64,000 nt of DNA from Callorhinchus milii. Lineage: Eukaryota. The notes under the pieces were generated by a model. The model did no database searches, had not been told where the DNA came from, and saw only the letters and a program-made list of their open reading frames with translations. Positions 11,673 through 23,864 of this stretch are shown here, piece by piece. The stretch covers positions 9,736,001 through 9,800,000 of the forward strand of contig NW_024704742.1 in the NCBI RefSeq assembly GCF_018977255.1, given 5' to 3'. Every line of letters begins with the position of its first letter. Position 1 is the first letter of the stretch. Made by a program: the position numbers and the translations under genes.

Positions 11673-11974
11673 ACCAGATTTTTTGCTGGTGTAGGTTTTC
11701 AGTCAACCATCATCTGGCCCTTCACTCAACCGGTCACTTTACACTCAACAGCCACCGTACATGAGCCAGGACAATGAGTTTGATGATGGGGAATTTTACA
11801 GTGAACATGACTTTGTCCTGAACTACTTTAACAAATAGTTGCTATATTTGGTTACCCTGTAACGAGAGTCTGTGGCACACCCTGCTAACAATCATGTTCT
11901 TTTTCTTGTGTGTATACAATGGGATCTCCTATTGTTTTTTACAGTGATTGGTACACGATGAACCCAACTATCCT

Positions 11975-12407
11975 CTCTCTCTAACTTTCAAGATCCTGGT
12001 CCTCACTTTCAAAGTCCTCCACGGGCTTGCTCCTCCCTACCTCTGTAACCTCCTAACTCCCTACCGACCTGTCTGCTCCTGCCGCTCAGCGCGCTGCAGC
12101 TTGCTTCACTCCCCCGCTTTGCCCACCCCACCACTGGCCTACAGCCTCTCTGCCCACACCCTCTGGAACTCCATTTCACAGTCCCTCCACATCACCCCCG
12201 CCCTTGCCTTCTTCAAGACCCATTGCAAGACCCTCCTCTTCGATCATGCCTTCAGTCACCCTCCTATCCCTACTCTTCCCGCCCTTCACCCCTACTGATC
12301 TCAACCACCAGCTCGAGTGCGGATCCCTGACTGTTCAGCTCCTTGGGACGTCCTCCTGATGTGAAAGGCGTTATACAAGTGTAATTTGCTGTTTTTGTTG
12401 TTGTTGT
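11975..12407 (+). mobile_element. L2 LINE 3' fragment
   Basis: FKILVLTFKVLHGLAPPYL...FKTHCKTLLF (L2 ORF2 C-terminus), stem-loop, (TTG)n. Confidence 0.9.
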
Positions 12408-12617
12408 AGGCATGTGAGGTTGAATTCAACCCACACTTGAAGGGATGAAAGTCTGTCCCCTCTACAAGTTCTGAGTGAAAAAGGAAAGGAAGAGCTGATG
12501 GCAGTGTAAAGTGACTGCTGTATCGTCAGACAAAGGTTGCTTCTTAAAGATATCAATTACATTTTTTCAGCAAATGTATTTTGGTTCTTAATAATTCATG
12601 ATTATCAATCCTTGCAT

Positions 12618-14235
12618 ATAAGAACATAAGAACATAAGAATTAGGAGCAGGAGTAGGCCATTCGGCCCCTCGAGCCTGCCCCGCCATTCGATAAGATCAT
12701 GGCTGATCTTCAGACCTAACTCTAATTACCTGCCCTATCCCCATATCCCTAATCTCTCTGTTTTTAAAAAATCTCTCAGTCTCAGCCTTGAAGATGTTCA
12801 AGGACTGAGCATCTACAGCCTTCTTCACCCTCTGAGTGAAGAAATGTTTCCTCAACTCTGTTCTAAAAGGCTGACACTTAATTTTAAGACTGTGACCCCT
12901 GGTTATAGATTCTCCTACCAGGGGAAACAGTCCCTCAGTGTCTACTTTATCAGCCCTTTAAGAATCTTATATGTTTCAATAAGATCCCCCTAATTCTTCT
13001 GTACTCTAGAGAATATAGCCCTAGTTTATTCAGCCTATCCTCATAGGTCAATCCCCTCATCCTAGGAACTAACCTAATGAATCTACGCTGCACCCCCTCT
13101 AGGGCAAGTATGTCCTTTTTTAAATAAGGAGACCAAAACTGCACACAATACTCTAGGTGCGGTCTCACCAAGGCCCTATACAGTTGCAGCAAGACTTCCC
13201 TACTCTTGTACTCTAAACCTTTTGCAATGAACGCTAACATGCCGTTCGCCTTCTTAGTTGCTTGCTGCACCTGCAAACTAACTTTTTGAGACTGGTGTAC
13301 AAGGACACCCAAATCCCTCTGCACACTAATACTACCTAATCTCTCCCCTTCTAGAAAATAACCTGTGTTTCTATTTTTGCTACCTAGGTGAATAACTTCA
13401 CACTTCCCCACATTAAATTCCATCTGCCACCTACTCGCCCACTCCCCTAGCCTATCTATATCCCATTGCAATCTTTTTGCATCATCCTCAGAGCTTACTC
13501 TCCTACCTAGTTTAGTGTCATCCGCGAATTTAGATACGTTACATTCAATGTCCTTGTCTAGATCATTGATATAAATTGTAAATAGCTGAGACCCAAGCAC
13601 TTGTGGCACTCCACTCGTCACATCCTGCCAATTCGCGAATGACCCGTTTATCCCTACTCTCTGTTTTCTACCCATTAGCCACTCTTCAATCCATGCTAAT
13701 ATGTTCCCATTAATCCCATGGGCCTTAACCTTGTGCAATAGCCTTTTGTGTGGCACTTTGTCAAATGCCTTTTTAAAATCTAAATATACTACATCTACTG
13801 GTTCCCCCCTATCTAACCTGCTAGATACATCTTCAAAAAACTCTAAAAGATTAGTTAAGCATGACTTCCCTTTTGTAAAGCCATGTTGACTCTGCCTAAT
13901 CTTGTTATGGTCTTCCAGGAATCCCATAACGACATCTTTAATTAAGGACTCAAGAATTTTCCCTACCACTGAAGTCAGACTAACTGGTCTATAGTTCCCC
14001 ATCTTTTCTCTCCCACCCTTCTTAAATAGTGGTGTTACGTTTGCAATCTTCCAATCAATGGGAACCATTCCAGAATCCAGACAATTTTGGAAGATCAAAG
14101 ACAAGCCATCCACTAGCTCAGTAGCCACCTCTTTTAAAACCCTAGGATGTAGGCCATCGGGTCTAGGAGATTTATCAGTTTTAAGACCTGACAATTTACC
14201 TAAAACCATTTCTTTATTAATATTAATTCCCTCAT
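12618..14235 (-). mobile_element. CR1 LINE family 1, 5'-truncated
   Basis: Long RT ORF; tail (TTCTTATG)n seen as ataagaacataagaacataagaa at about 12618-12641. Confidence 0.97.
12950..14209 (-). pseudogene. CR1 ORF2 reverse transcriptase domain (419 aa open stretch, defective)
   Basis: NYRPVSLTS, YLDFKKAFDKVPH, FADDTKL, RPHLEYCVQFWSP; lacks GS of the PQGSVLG motif, frameshifted near the C-terminus, no endonuclease domain. Confidence 0.95.
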
Positions 14236-14248
14236 GACCTGCAGCCTA

Positions 14249-14690
14249 AATAATAATAATAATAATAATAATAATACTAATTCTTGCATTAACATTGAAC
14301 ATCGATGACATTGAAATGTCTAAAAACACTTTAAAGGTCAATCCACAAAAGTGTAGTGACTGTGTATTTATAAGGGAACCTGGAAGCCAATTTTCACACA
14401 GCAAATGCCCTACAAACAGCCATAAAGTGAATGGCCAATTTTAGCTGGGGGATTATTGGCCAGGACGCCTTCTCTTTTCAAGTAGTATTATTACCTTACC
14501 TGCCATTATTACCTACCTAAACAGGCAGATAGGATCTTGGGTTAACGTCTCATCCATAGGATGGCATCTCCACAATTCAACGCATCTCCAACACAGACTA
14601 GACTGACATTCCAAAGAATGAATTGCAAGTCCTAATGTGGGACTTGAATCTGCAACCTTCTCACCTAGGATCACAAGAGCTGATCAGGCT
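14249..14690 (-). mobile_element. Old Deu SINE with expanded (AAT)n tail
   Basis: ggccaggacgcc, aacgtctcatcc, ggacttgaatctgcaaccttct are the reverse of head and core. Confidence 0.7.
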
Positions 14691-14894
14691 GTTACCAGGT
14701 ACATCAAATACTCTACTGTATTATTTTGTTGTGATTTATGCTCCTCACTTTAGCAATGATTACCAAGACAGGTTTCTGTACCTGAGCTAGAAGGTTAATG
14801 TTCCACACAAGAGGGCAGGCTGTCTTACATCATATTTAATTCTACAATAAGGGGCATAAAGGGTACGAGGAATACATGAGTGTGAGTTATGTCT

Positions 14895-15215
14895 GTCAGC
14901 CTGGTGCAGTGATAGTACCCTCATGTTTGAATCTGAGTTTGAGTCAGAAGGTTGTGGGTTCAAGCCCCACGTCGGGACTTGGAATCACATTGTCGGAGTT
15001 GACACACTGCAGTAGTGTTGTATTGTTGGAGGTGCTGATCTTTGGATGGGATGTTAATCTGAGGTCCCATTTGCCCATTCAGGTGGATCTTAAAGATCTC
15101 ATGGTACTATTCAAAAAGAGAAGGGAGTTTCTCCCAGTTTCCTGGCCAACAATCCCCCCAAAACAAAAAATAATATTGGCCACTCACTCTACACCTGTTT
15201 GTGGGACATTTGGTC
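14895..15215 (+). mobile_element. Old Deu SINE (head and core)
   Basis: gagtcagaaggttgtgggttcaagcccc...ggaggtgc...caggtggatcttaaagatctcatgg. Confidence 0.8.
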
Positions 15216-15464
15216 TTGTGTATATAATAAATTGGTGCTACCTGAGATCCTTGGTTAGATTGTCCATCGTTCCTGTAGACTAGCCACTTGGCAAAGAATC
15301 TGTGGTTTTCTGAACAACCTTAAGTGACAGAAAAAGTGTCAGAGGGTTTATTCCAGAAAGCCTAGTCTGTTCTGACAGGAGAGCACCGTTTGGTTTCAGA
15401 AGCTCTGTGGAAAGTAAAGAAAGCCTATGAATGTAGGTTATTAGCTGAAAATATCCCTCAGCTC

Positions 15465-15763
15465 AGTGGACTCAAGTCATCAGCCTGACACGCCCACATC
15501 GGCAGTCGGGCCTTCAGCCTTTCTGCCCCCATCTTTTGAATTCCATCCCGCAGTCCCTTTGCCTCGTTCCCTTCCTTGCTTCCTTCAAGGCCCGTCTCAA
15601 GACCTTCCTCTTCGACCATGCGGTCACCGTCCTCTCCCCACCCTCTCTCTGCCCTCCCTCCTCCTGATCCCAACCCCCAGCTCGGTTGCACATCCTTGAG
15701 TGTCCAGCGCTTTAGGATATCCTCCCAACGTGAAAGGTGCTATACAAGTGTGGTTTGTTGTTA
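15465..15763 (+). mobile_element. L2 3' fragment
   Basis: FKARLKTFLF-type end, 3' stem-loop, TTG tail. Confidence 0.85.
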
Positions 15764-15878
15764 TTGGCAGAGGAGAGAAAGTGACTTAAAAGAGAAATGA
15801 ACAGTCAGAATTGAACCATTTGAGTTCCTGGTCCACAAGGTGCTATCAGGGCTGCCCATCAATTTCAATCTAATTTGT

Positions 15879-16092
15879 AGAGTTCTGTAGTTAGTGGTTA
15901 GAGCACTCGCCTTGCAAGCGAGAGACCTGGATTTGATTCCTGGCAGAATGAAATGTTGGACAGGTTTCCTTACTCCACACACCTCTGTTTTCCTAGCAGT
16001 AAGTAGGAGCCCGGTTGTTAGTTGATTGCCGGATCACTTTTCTGGAGGTAATAGTTTCTTCAAAAAAAATAATAAATTGGTCACTGAATTCA
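15879..16092 (+). mobile_element. Young SINE subfamily A, 5' half
   Basis: tRNA head plus A-specific segment; 3' part absent here. Confidence 0.85.
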
Positions 16093-16546
16093 CAGTTACA
16101 GTACACCCTATCACAGTATGCTGGAGCTTTACCCTGTGCTATCATCTCACTCTCAATACTTAACACATTTATAAACTCATCATAATAACATGTGAACAAA
16201 TTCTGAGCCTTGTTAGCAAAACACAATTGCAAGCACTTCCTTCACTGTAACATCAACCGGTTTGTGCTTTTGGACCCTTGGAGCACCAATAACATAAATA
16301 ATGTAATAAAATCCACAATGACGTTCACTAAATCCTGACGTCTTGTAGATTTTAGATGATCATAAAACATTAACACGTGTTTTGATGTTCCCCGTCTTCA
16401 AAAAAAATTGATGAATGTGATTTTCCACCACGGAATTCCTATTTGCCACCCACAGAAAACATCGGAGGAGCAGCACTAAATTAAGCTCCGTTAATGTTGC
16501 CAGAACAAGTCATAGCAAGGCAGGAGGATGAATGCAAGGATTATTA

Positions 16547-16768
16547 TATTAATAATAATAATAATAATCCTTGCATTTGATATAGCGCTTTTCACGTCGG
16601 GAGGACGTCCCAAAGCGCTTCACAGAACACACTGTAAAATGAATTGACTATATTTGTGGGCGAACGCGGCAACCAATTGCGCACAGCAAGGTTTCGCCCT
16701 GCCTGGAATTGAACTCCTGTCTCTCGCTTGCAAAGTGAGTGCTCTAACTACTGAGCTACAGGACTCCA
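16547..16768 (-). mobile_element. Young SINE with internal deletion and L2-type tail (probably subfamily B)
   Basis: ttttcacgtcgggaggacgtcccaaagcgct tail; TGC head. Confidence 0.9.
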
Positions 16769-16937
16769 CAATATTATTATTATTGCTGTGCACAACTGGC
16801 TGCCACAAAACACACAGTCAGTCCACTTTACAGTATATCTTGTGAAGCGCTTTGAGAAGTCTGAACAACATGAGAAGGCAGTACATCAAATGCAAGGATG
16901 ATTATTATTATTATTATTCCCAAGTTACAGTACACCC

Positions 16938-17219
16938 CTCCTTTGAACACCTTACCCGCTGCCACCAGCCTTCAGCCACTCTGGCCCCAACCTCTGGAAT
17001 TCCATCCCCCAGTCACTCCGCCTCGCTCCCTCCTTAGCCTCCTTCAAGTCCTGCCTCAAGACCCTCCTCTTCGACCATGCCATCGGCCACCCCCCTTCCC
17101 CTGCCCTCCCTTACCCCCCAACCCCAGCTCAGGTCTGAAATGCTGTACACTGTCCAGGGTCTTGGGACGTCCTCCTGACGTGAAAGGCGCTGTACAAATG
17201 TAATCTTGTTGTTGTTGTT
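16938..17219 (+). mobile_element. L2 3' fragment with 8-bp TSD
   Basis: gtacaccc at 16930-16937 and 17220-17227; (TTG)n tail. Confidence 0.9.
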
Positions 17220-17634
17220 GTACACCCTACCACAGTATGCTGGAGCTCTACCCTGTGCTACCATCTCATAGGATTTTTTAATTTGCAGTTTGCTCTGGAA
17301 AGCTGGATGTCTTATCAGCTAATTTAAAAAATGTCTAGTCCGATATGACTAGTCTTAGAGCTGACCTTTTCATACTAATTATTTATATATGTGGCTCATA
17401 CAGCAAGCATGGGGGAGGTGAATGAATGGTTACAGTTTCATCCATCAACAAAAATTTGTCATCTCTTTCCCTATATTGATAATTCAGACATTTCCTTTTT
17501 AATAAAAATGTTAATGTTACAAGCGGTAATTACCATTTCGCCCTTCCCCATCAGTTTGTGACAAAGAATCAATCAGGTTTGGGATCGCAGTAACATTCCT
17601 GTCCAGAACTTGATCTCCTTCCCTGGGAAGGGAG

Positions 17635-17983
17635 AGAGCACTTGCCTCACAAGCGAGAGGACTTGGGTTTGATTCCCAGGCAGGGCAAAATGTTGGGCAA
17701 GTTTTCTTACTCCACACCCCTCTGTTTACCTAGCAGTAAGTAGGAACCCAGTTGTTAGTCGATTGGCGGATCGTTTTTCTGGGGATAATAATCCCTCAAG
17801 AAAAAAAAGAATAATTTGGTCACTCAATCCACGACTGTTCGTGGGACACGGCTGTGTGCAATTGGCTGCTGCGTTTCGTCCACAAATATACAGACAATTC
17901 ACTTTTACAGTATATTCTGTGAAGCACTTTGACACATCTAGAAGACATGAAAAGTGCTATATCAAATCCAAGGATTATTATTT
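17635..17983 (+). mobile_element. Young SINE subfamily A, near full length
   Basis: Matches 20262-20639. Confidence 0.9.
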
Positions 17984-18919
17984 CAAGTGATATTTTCTCT
18001 AGGAATCTTGCCTAAGGTTTCGCCCTGCCCAGGCATTAAACCTGGATCTTCTCACTTTCAAATTTACGCTAGAGTATTTTATATCACTTGACCAAAATGT
18101 TATTTGGGGAGGGAAGGAAGCCAGGGTTTAATAGTGAAGATGTAAGAATGGATGCATATGTTGCTTCATAACTATTGGGGTTAAGCAATATTTATATAAA
18201 TACTTTCCTTAAGAGATAATGTCAGTGGGTGTCTCCCACAATAAGGCAGATGTATGTATGTTTTATGGATTTCCTGTGCCAATAGCAATTTCTCGTTCCA
18301 CCCTTTCTTATCATCAGTGTATCGCATAGATCAAAGAATGTAATTTTAGACTGCTGTGTATAAAGGTAGTGTTTCATGTGACCTTAAACTGAGCAGCTGG
18401 GATGAATGACTTACAGAGGGAAAAATTACACCAATTGCTATACATCTGAGGACTGCTGATAAGGGAAATTAATATATTCTAAAGATGTGGGTGTCATGAC
18501 CCTCCTGCTGTCCCATCTGATAACAGATTGTAGATTGGTACAATGCAATACGTGTGATCTATTGCAAATAAACTCAAACCGGAATGCCTATACTTTGCAG
18601 CCCAACACGTTAATAGTTCTGGATGGAATAAGTTCACTATTTCCTGGGTTACGTATTACAATGAAGAGTGGAAATAAGGCTGAATCAACACTGGGTTATT
18701 CAGGCACGTGCTACATAAGGTCAGGTGGCAAATCACCTACAACATACAAAGTCACTATACTTTACAGTAAATCCTGTGAAGCATTGAAATGTCCTTCCAA
18801 TGTAAAAGGTGCAAATGCAAAGAGTTTTCTTGTTCATTATTATTAAGCGGAGGAGAACCATTTCATTCTTACCTAACAATTTAATCATTTATTATTCTGT
18901 TGAAAATCAGTAGCATCCA

Positions 18920-19128
18920 GCGTTTTCACAAGATGAATAATCCCTAAAAAAANCAATAACTTGGTCACTCAATCCACAATTGTTTGTGGGACACTGCTAT
19001 GCGCAATTGGTTGCCACGTTTCGTCCACAAACATACAATTAATTCACTTTACAGTTTATTCTGTGAAGCGTTTTGAGACGTCTTGAAGACGTGAAAAGTG
19101 CTATATCAAATGTAAGGATTATTATATT
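18920..19128 (+). mobile_element. Young SINE, 3' part
   Basis: Body and tail match; contains the ambiguous base n at 18953. Confidence 0.85.
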
Positions 19129-19439
19129 GTTAAATATTTTCCCGTCTCACTGAGAAGATATAGCTCTGAAATCATTTTGTTCTCAATTATATCGGAGAGT
19201 GAAGAGCCTATTATACAGACCACATGCAATTGAGGACCAAATAATTGTGGATATGAAAACAGTGTGGATATCAGTCATACATAGAATATAAAGTACCAGC
19301 TAAAGCTTTTTTTATTAAGATTTATGCTGTTGCTGTAATACACTCAGTACCAGCCCATTTATATGCCTCTCTGTCTCTCACACACCATAGAGTGACTAAC
19401 CCTTTTTTCTCCCCTAGCATGGTGACTGTCTGATTTTCA

Positions 19440-19515
19440 GTTTGTCCATCGGATCATCAGTCCTTCAGTCAGTCCGTCCATCGTCCGGTTTGTCAGTCTG
19501 TCCATCCATCCGCCC
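19440..19515. repeat. Degenerate (GTCC/ATCC)n simple repeat
   Basis: Seen directly. Confidence 0.65.
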
Positions 19516-19527
19516 ATCTTCTAATTA

Positions 19528-20204
19528 CAGTGGGTGGCCTGTTATCCATATGTTTGCTTATCCACATGTCCCCTTATCTCGGGTGACCATTTGTCACCAA
19601 TTTCTGGGGACAGTCCCCAAATAATGTATTTGTCAAATAAGCTTAGTGCTCTGGGATTCTACTCTACGTGAGTTGTTGTTGTTGTTGTTGTCTGTCTAAC
19701 TGACTCTGAGGCAGACCGGATTGACTCTCTCTCCTTGTTTGAGCTTGCCTCCATCTCAGTTACCCTGTACCTATCTGATTCCAATCACTCTACTACTTCA
19801 TACAGTACTTTCAGTTAGCCCTCAAATAAAATTGTGCCGTTGATGACAATGCACGCATGTGCATAACTAAAAAATGGCTCGTATATTTCTTCCTTTCCAA
19901 GCCGGATGCAGATAAGGCTAGGGTGACTGTATTTTGCAAACCAAAGCCAGGTACATATATGTAAAAAATGAGCTCACCACAAATCTCCAGTTACTGGAGA
20001 AGTGTGTTGGATTAATGGTTGTATTTCTCTCATCAGTGTATCAGTTTAAGATTGTTATTGTTCTTGATCAGTTTGTTGCTGAAGTCAAGACAAGGCAAAT
20101 TTGGCCCCAAGAACACAATATCTCATTTGGGGATTGTCCACAGACATATGGTCACCCGAGGTAAGGGAACATGTGGAGAAGCAAACATAAGAGGCACCCC
20201 ACTG
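19528..20204. mobile_element. Non-autonomous DNA transposon with long TIRs, probably Tc1/mariner type
   Basis: Arms 19521-19622 and 20125-20211 are imperfect reverse complements; termini TA|CAGTGG...CCACTG|TA. Confidence 0.75.
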
Positions 20205-20261
20205 TAATTAGGAAAATTTTCATCCTTCCTGAATACCCAAGCTTCATCTCTAGCATACAGT

Positions 20262-20639
20262 GGAGTCCTGTAGCTCAATGGTTAGAGCATTTACCTCGCA
20301 AGCGAGAGGACTTGACTTTGATTCCCGGTCAGGGCGAAATGTTGGGCAAGTTTCCTTACTCCACACTTCTCTGTTTACCTAGCAGTAATTAGGAACCCGG
20401 TTGTTAGTTGATTGGCGGATCACTTTTCCAGGGATAATAATCCCTCAAGAAAAAAAACAATAACAATTTGGTCACTCAATGCACGATTGTTTGTAGGATA
20501 CTGCTGTGGGCAATTGTCTGCTGTGTTTCGCCCACAAAATATACAGTCAATTCACTTTACAGTATATTCTGTGAAGCGCTTTGAGACATCTCGAAGATAC
20601 GCTAAGGCGCTATATCAAATACAAGGATTATTATTATTA
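20262..20639 (+). mobile_element. Young SINE subfamily A, full length
   Basis: ggagtcctgtagctca head with CGC anticodon loop, A-specific segment, (ATT)n tail. Confidence 0.93.
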
Positions 20640-21075
20640 CTCATTCAGTCAGAGCCAATTGATCTTTAAAATGGTTATTGTGGTTTTGTTGGAGTACCTC
20701 ATTGAGTACCTACAAGAACCAAAAACAGTTTGCTCTCAAGATCAGCCATCCTTCACTCTTGGAAATGCATTGTGTACTCACAGATGGAGCTTTTCTCCAG
20801 AGGATTTTTCAACAAATGGAGTTAATTATTTTTTAATTTATCTAATTTTCCCCATGTGTATGAGTACTGCCTTTGATATAGAGACGTTTAAGCAGACAGG
20901 AAGCAATTAATAAACATAAAGCCTGTCGCACTTGCAGTTGGGAGAGGATTCTGCAGCAGTTCTCATTCCCCTCTCTGTCTCTGTGTGTTTGTATGTGCCA
21001 CAGTTGCTCTGTACATATATGATTCCAATCACTCTATTTCATAATGCTAGTAAGCACTCGAGGAAAATTGTGTAC

Positions 21076-21219
21076 TTGCTGTGCGCAATTGGCTGCCGCG
21101 TTCGCCCACAAATATACAATCAATTCACTTTACAGTCTATTCTGTGAAGCGCTTTGGGACGTCCTCCCGACGTGAAAAGCGCTATATCAAATGCAAGGAT
21201 TATTATTATTATTATTATT
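21076..21219 (+). mobile_element. Young SINE 3' end with L2-type stem-loop
   Basis: agcgctttgggacgtcctcccgacgtgaaaagcgct at 21148-21183. Confidence 0.9.
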
Positions 21220-21629
21220 GATGACAATCAGGAAGTTCTGACCTGATTCCCTTTCCTGGAATGAAGTGGGTTCAAGTCAAGACTTTATACTCCTCCACTG
21301 GGATTCATCACTTGTATCCTTCCAGCGGGCAATTGAACATGGACCTCTCTGTTGTGAGGAGGTTTCTCCTACAGACTGAGTGCTACAGTGCAGCTCATGT
21401 TCAGGTTCCCACCCTGATTACACCTCTCCTGTTCCCCCCTCCCCCCACCTCCCCTCCACCTCCCCTGTCCCCTGACCTCCAAATCATTAGGATCCAGTCT
21501 CATGCTGCTGCACCACATCTTGCTGTCCAAAGAACAGAATAAAAAATATCGAAGAGCTCCAACTACAAACTGTGAAAATCCAGCTTCAAAGTTCAGACTG
21601 AACTTAAAGATTTTCCAAAATTCTGCACC

Positions 21630-21830
21630 CTGGCGCAGTGGTAGCACTCATATCTTTGAGTCAGAAGGTTGTGGGTTCCAGCCCCAGGTCGGGACTTGGA
21701 ATCACATAGACTAAGCTGACACTCCAATGCAGTGCTGGGGTTGGGGCTGCATTGTCGGAGGTGCTGTCCCTTGGATGAGACCTTAAGCCGAGGTCCCATC
21801 TGGCTGTTCAGGTGAATGTTGAAGATCCCA
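21630..21830 (+). mobile_element. Old Deu SINE, 5' part
   Basis: tggcgcagtggtagcact (A box), gggttccagccc (B-box-like), Deu core gcattgtcggaggtgc...aagccgaggtcccatc. Confidence 0.85.
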
Positions 21831-21834
21831 AACG

Positions 21835-22162
21835 AAACATCTTAAAGCGTTTCACAGAATTTACTGCAAAGTGAATTGACTGTATAGTTTGTGGGCAAAA
21901 TGTGGCAGCCAATTGCACACATCAGTGTCCCACAAACAGTCGTGGATTAAGTGACCAATTTATTATTATTATTTTAGAAGGAATTATCACCCCCAGAAAA
22001 ATGATCTGCCAATCATCTAACAATTGGGTTTCTACTTACTGCTAGATAAACAGAGGCGCGTGGAGTAAGGAAACTGGCCCAATGTTTTACCCTGAAGGGA
22101 ATCAAACCCAGGTCCTCTTGCTTGTGAGGTGAATGCTCTAACCACTAAGCTACAGGACTCCA
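21835..22162 (-). mobile_element. Young SINE subfamily A
   Basis: Reverse of head (gctacaggactcc) and body. Confidence 0.9.
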
Positions 22163-23549
22163 CGCTAATAATACAAAAATAATATTTTTTTAAAAAATCA
22201 AATTTGAAATCTGTAAACAGATTGTTAAATGATAAGGCTTTTCCATTTTCTGACTGGTCTTGAACATATAAAAATATGAACTTAATGAAGCATCTCGAGG
22301 ATTTTTGAGGATCAGAACTGTTTCTCTGAGACTCAGCCTCTTTTGCAAAAGGCTTGCTGGATTGAGATAGCAGAGCTTTAGACATGTTTGGCAGTCACTG
22401 TTAATCAGTCCACAAACAGACGACCCTTGGCAGCCATAGACAAGCATTTACAGTGAAATGCATCCGTTCCACTTCACTGATCATATCCTGTGCAAGCACA
22501 TCTCCAAATGGTTGAGATTTCACAATAATTATCGACGTTTATTGAGTGAAATTTAAAACCAAATTGAAACAGATCTTGAACTTCAGCATCTTTCTGTTCG
22601 GTGTGATGTACAGAATACTAGTTCTTCCAAATGTCATAAGAAATCTCAATGAAAAGGTATTCATCTTCTCTGGTTGGGTAAACAATATAAACAAGTAGAA
22701 ATACAAATAGAAACTTTGTAGAAATACAATTAGCGTGATTATGGAGCTGAGCTTTGCCAATTGCAAACTAAAGAACCTGAACTCTGCCTGACACATACCG
22801 GTCTGTCCCTACAAACATCATGCATGATTACACCTTGTGTTATTTTGAGCACACAGTAATGAGAGGGAGACTTTAAATGTCACGGCAGGTGTGGGAAATC
22901 TTTTTGTCCAACACAAGAAACCTCCTGCAACAATTCGGGAACATTGAGTGTTTGCTGCCTTGAGCTGTCATTCCCGGAAACCTCAACCTGATCTCTAGAG
23001 AAACTTTGGAAGTCCAACAAGGAAGCCTTGAGTAGTGATATGGGACCTTGGAGAGCATTGACCCTTGAGTTTCCAGTAGTGAAGCCTTGAACATCAATCT
23101 AGAGAACCCAGAGGAGCTCCTTGCAGGAAGAGAAGCCAATCAAGTATTCTGAGGAATCAATCGGAAGAAAGCTTCTGGAGATAAGCTCTGAATTTAAATG
23201 CTTCTGTGAATAACTGGATTCTCCCTGAGGTAAATTAAGGGCTTAGTTGGCTCATTTCTTAGATGTGCAACTGAAAAAAAAAGAGCAGAAGTTTTACTTG
23301 GTCTCCAAGACGTGGTAAGGCCCTATATCAAATCCAAGGATTATTACCATTATAATCCAGGCTGACTCTCCAGGGCAATGCGGGTAGCTTTAAATTGTCA
23401 GAGATTCTGTACTTCGATTGAGACATTAAAGCAAGATTCTAATACTTATTCAAGTGGATGGTATAGATACTGTGGCACTATTCAAAAATTGAAGGGAGCT
23501 ATTTTGGTGTCCTGGCCAACAATCTTCCAGATTAATTGACCACTTACTA

Positions 23550-23850
23550 AATAATAATAACAATTCTTGCATTTGATTTATCATGTCTTCGAGACGTTTC
23601 AAAGCGCTTCACAGAATATACTGTAACGTGTAGTGACTGTATATTTTGTGGCAAAAATGCAGCAGCCAATTGCACACAGCAGTGTTCCACAAACAGTTGT
23701 GGTTTGAGTGGCCAGATCATTATTATTTTGAAGAGATTATTACTCCCGGAAAAGCAATCTGCCAATTGACTAACAACTGGGTTCCTACTTACTACTAGGT
23801 AAACAGAGGTGTATGGAGTAAGGAAACCTGGCCAACATTTCGCCCTGCCT
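23550..23850 (-). mobile_element. Young SINE subfamily A lacking most of the head
   Basis: Body and tail match. Confidence 0.88.
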
Positions 23851-23864
23851 GTTTGTGGATCCTC

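Noticed and set aside
20412..20669. Recurrent short ORFs containing [14 protein letters not shown]
   Set aside because: These are translations of the SINE body, not a gene family.
22878..23270. Solo LTR starting TGTCAC
   Set aside because: No matching CA end with TSD and no second copy in the window.
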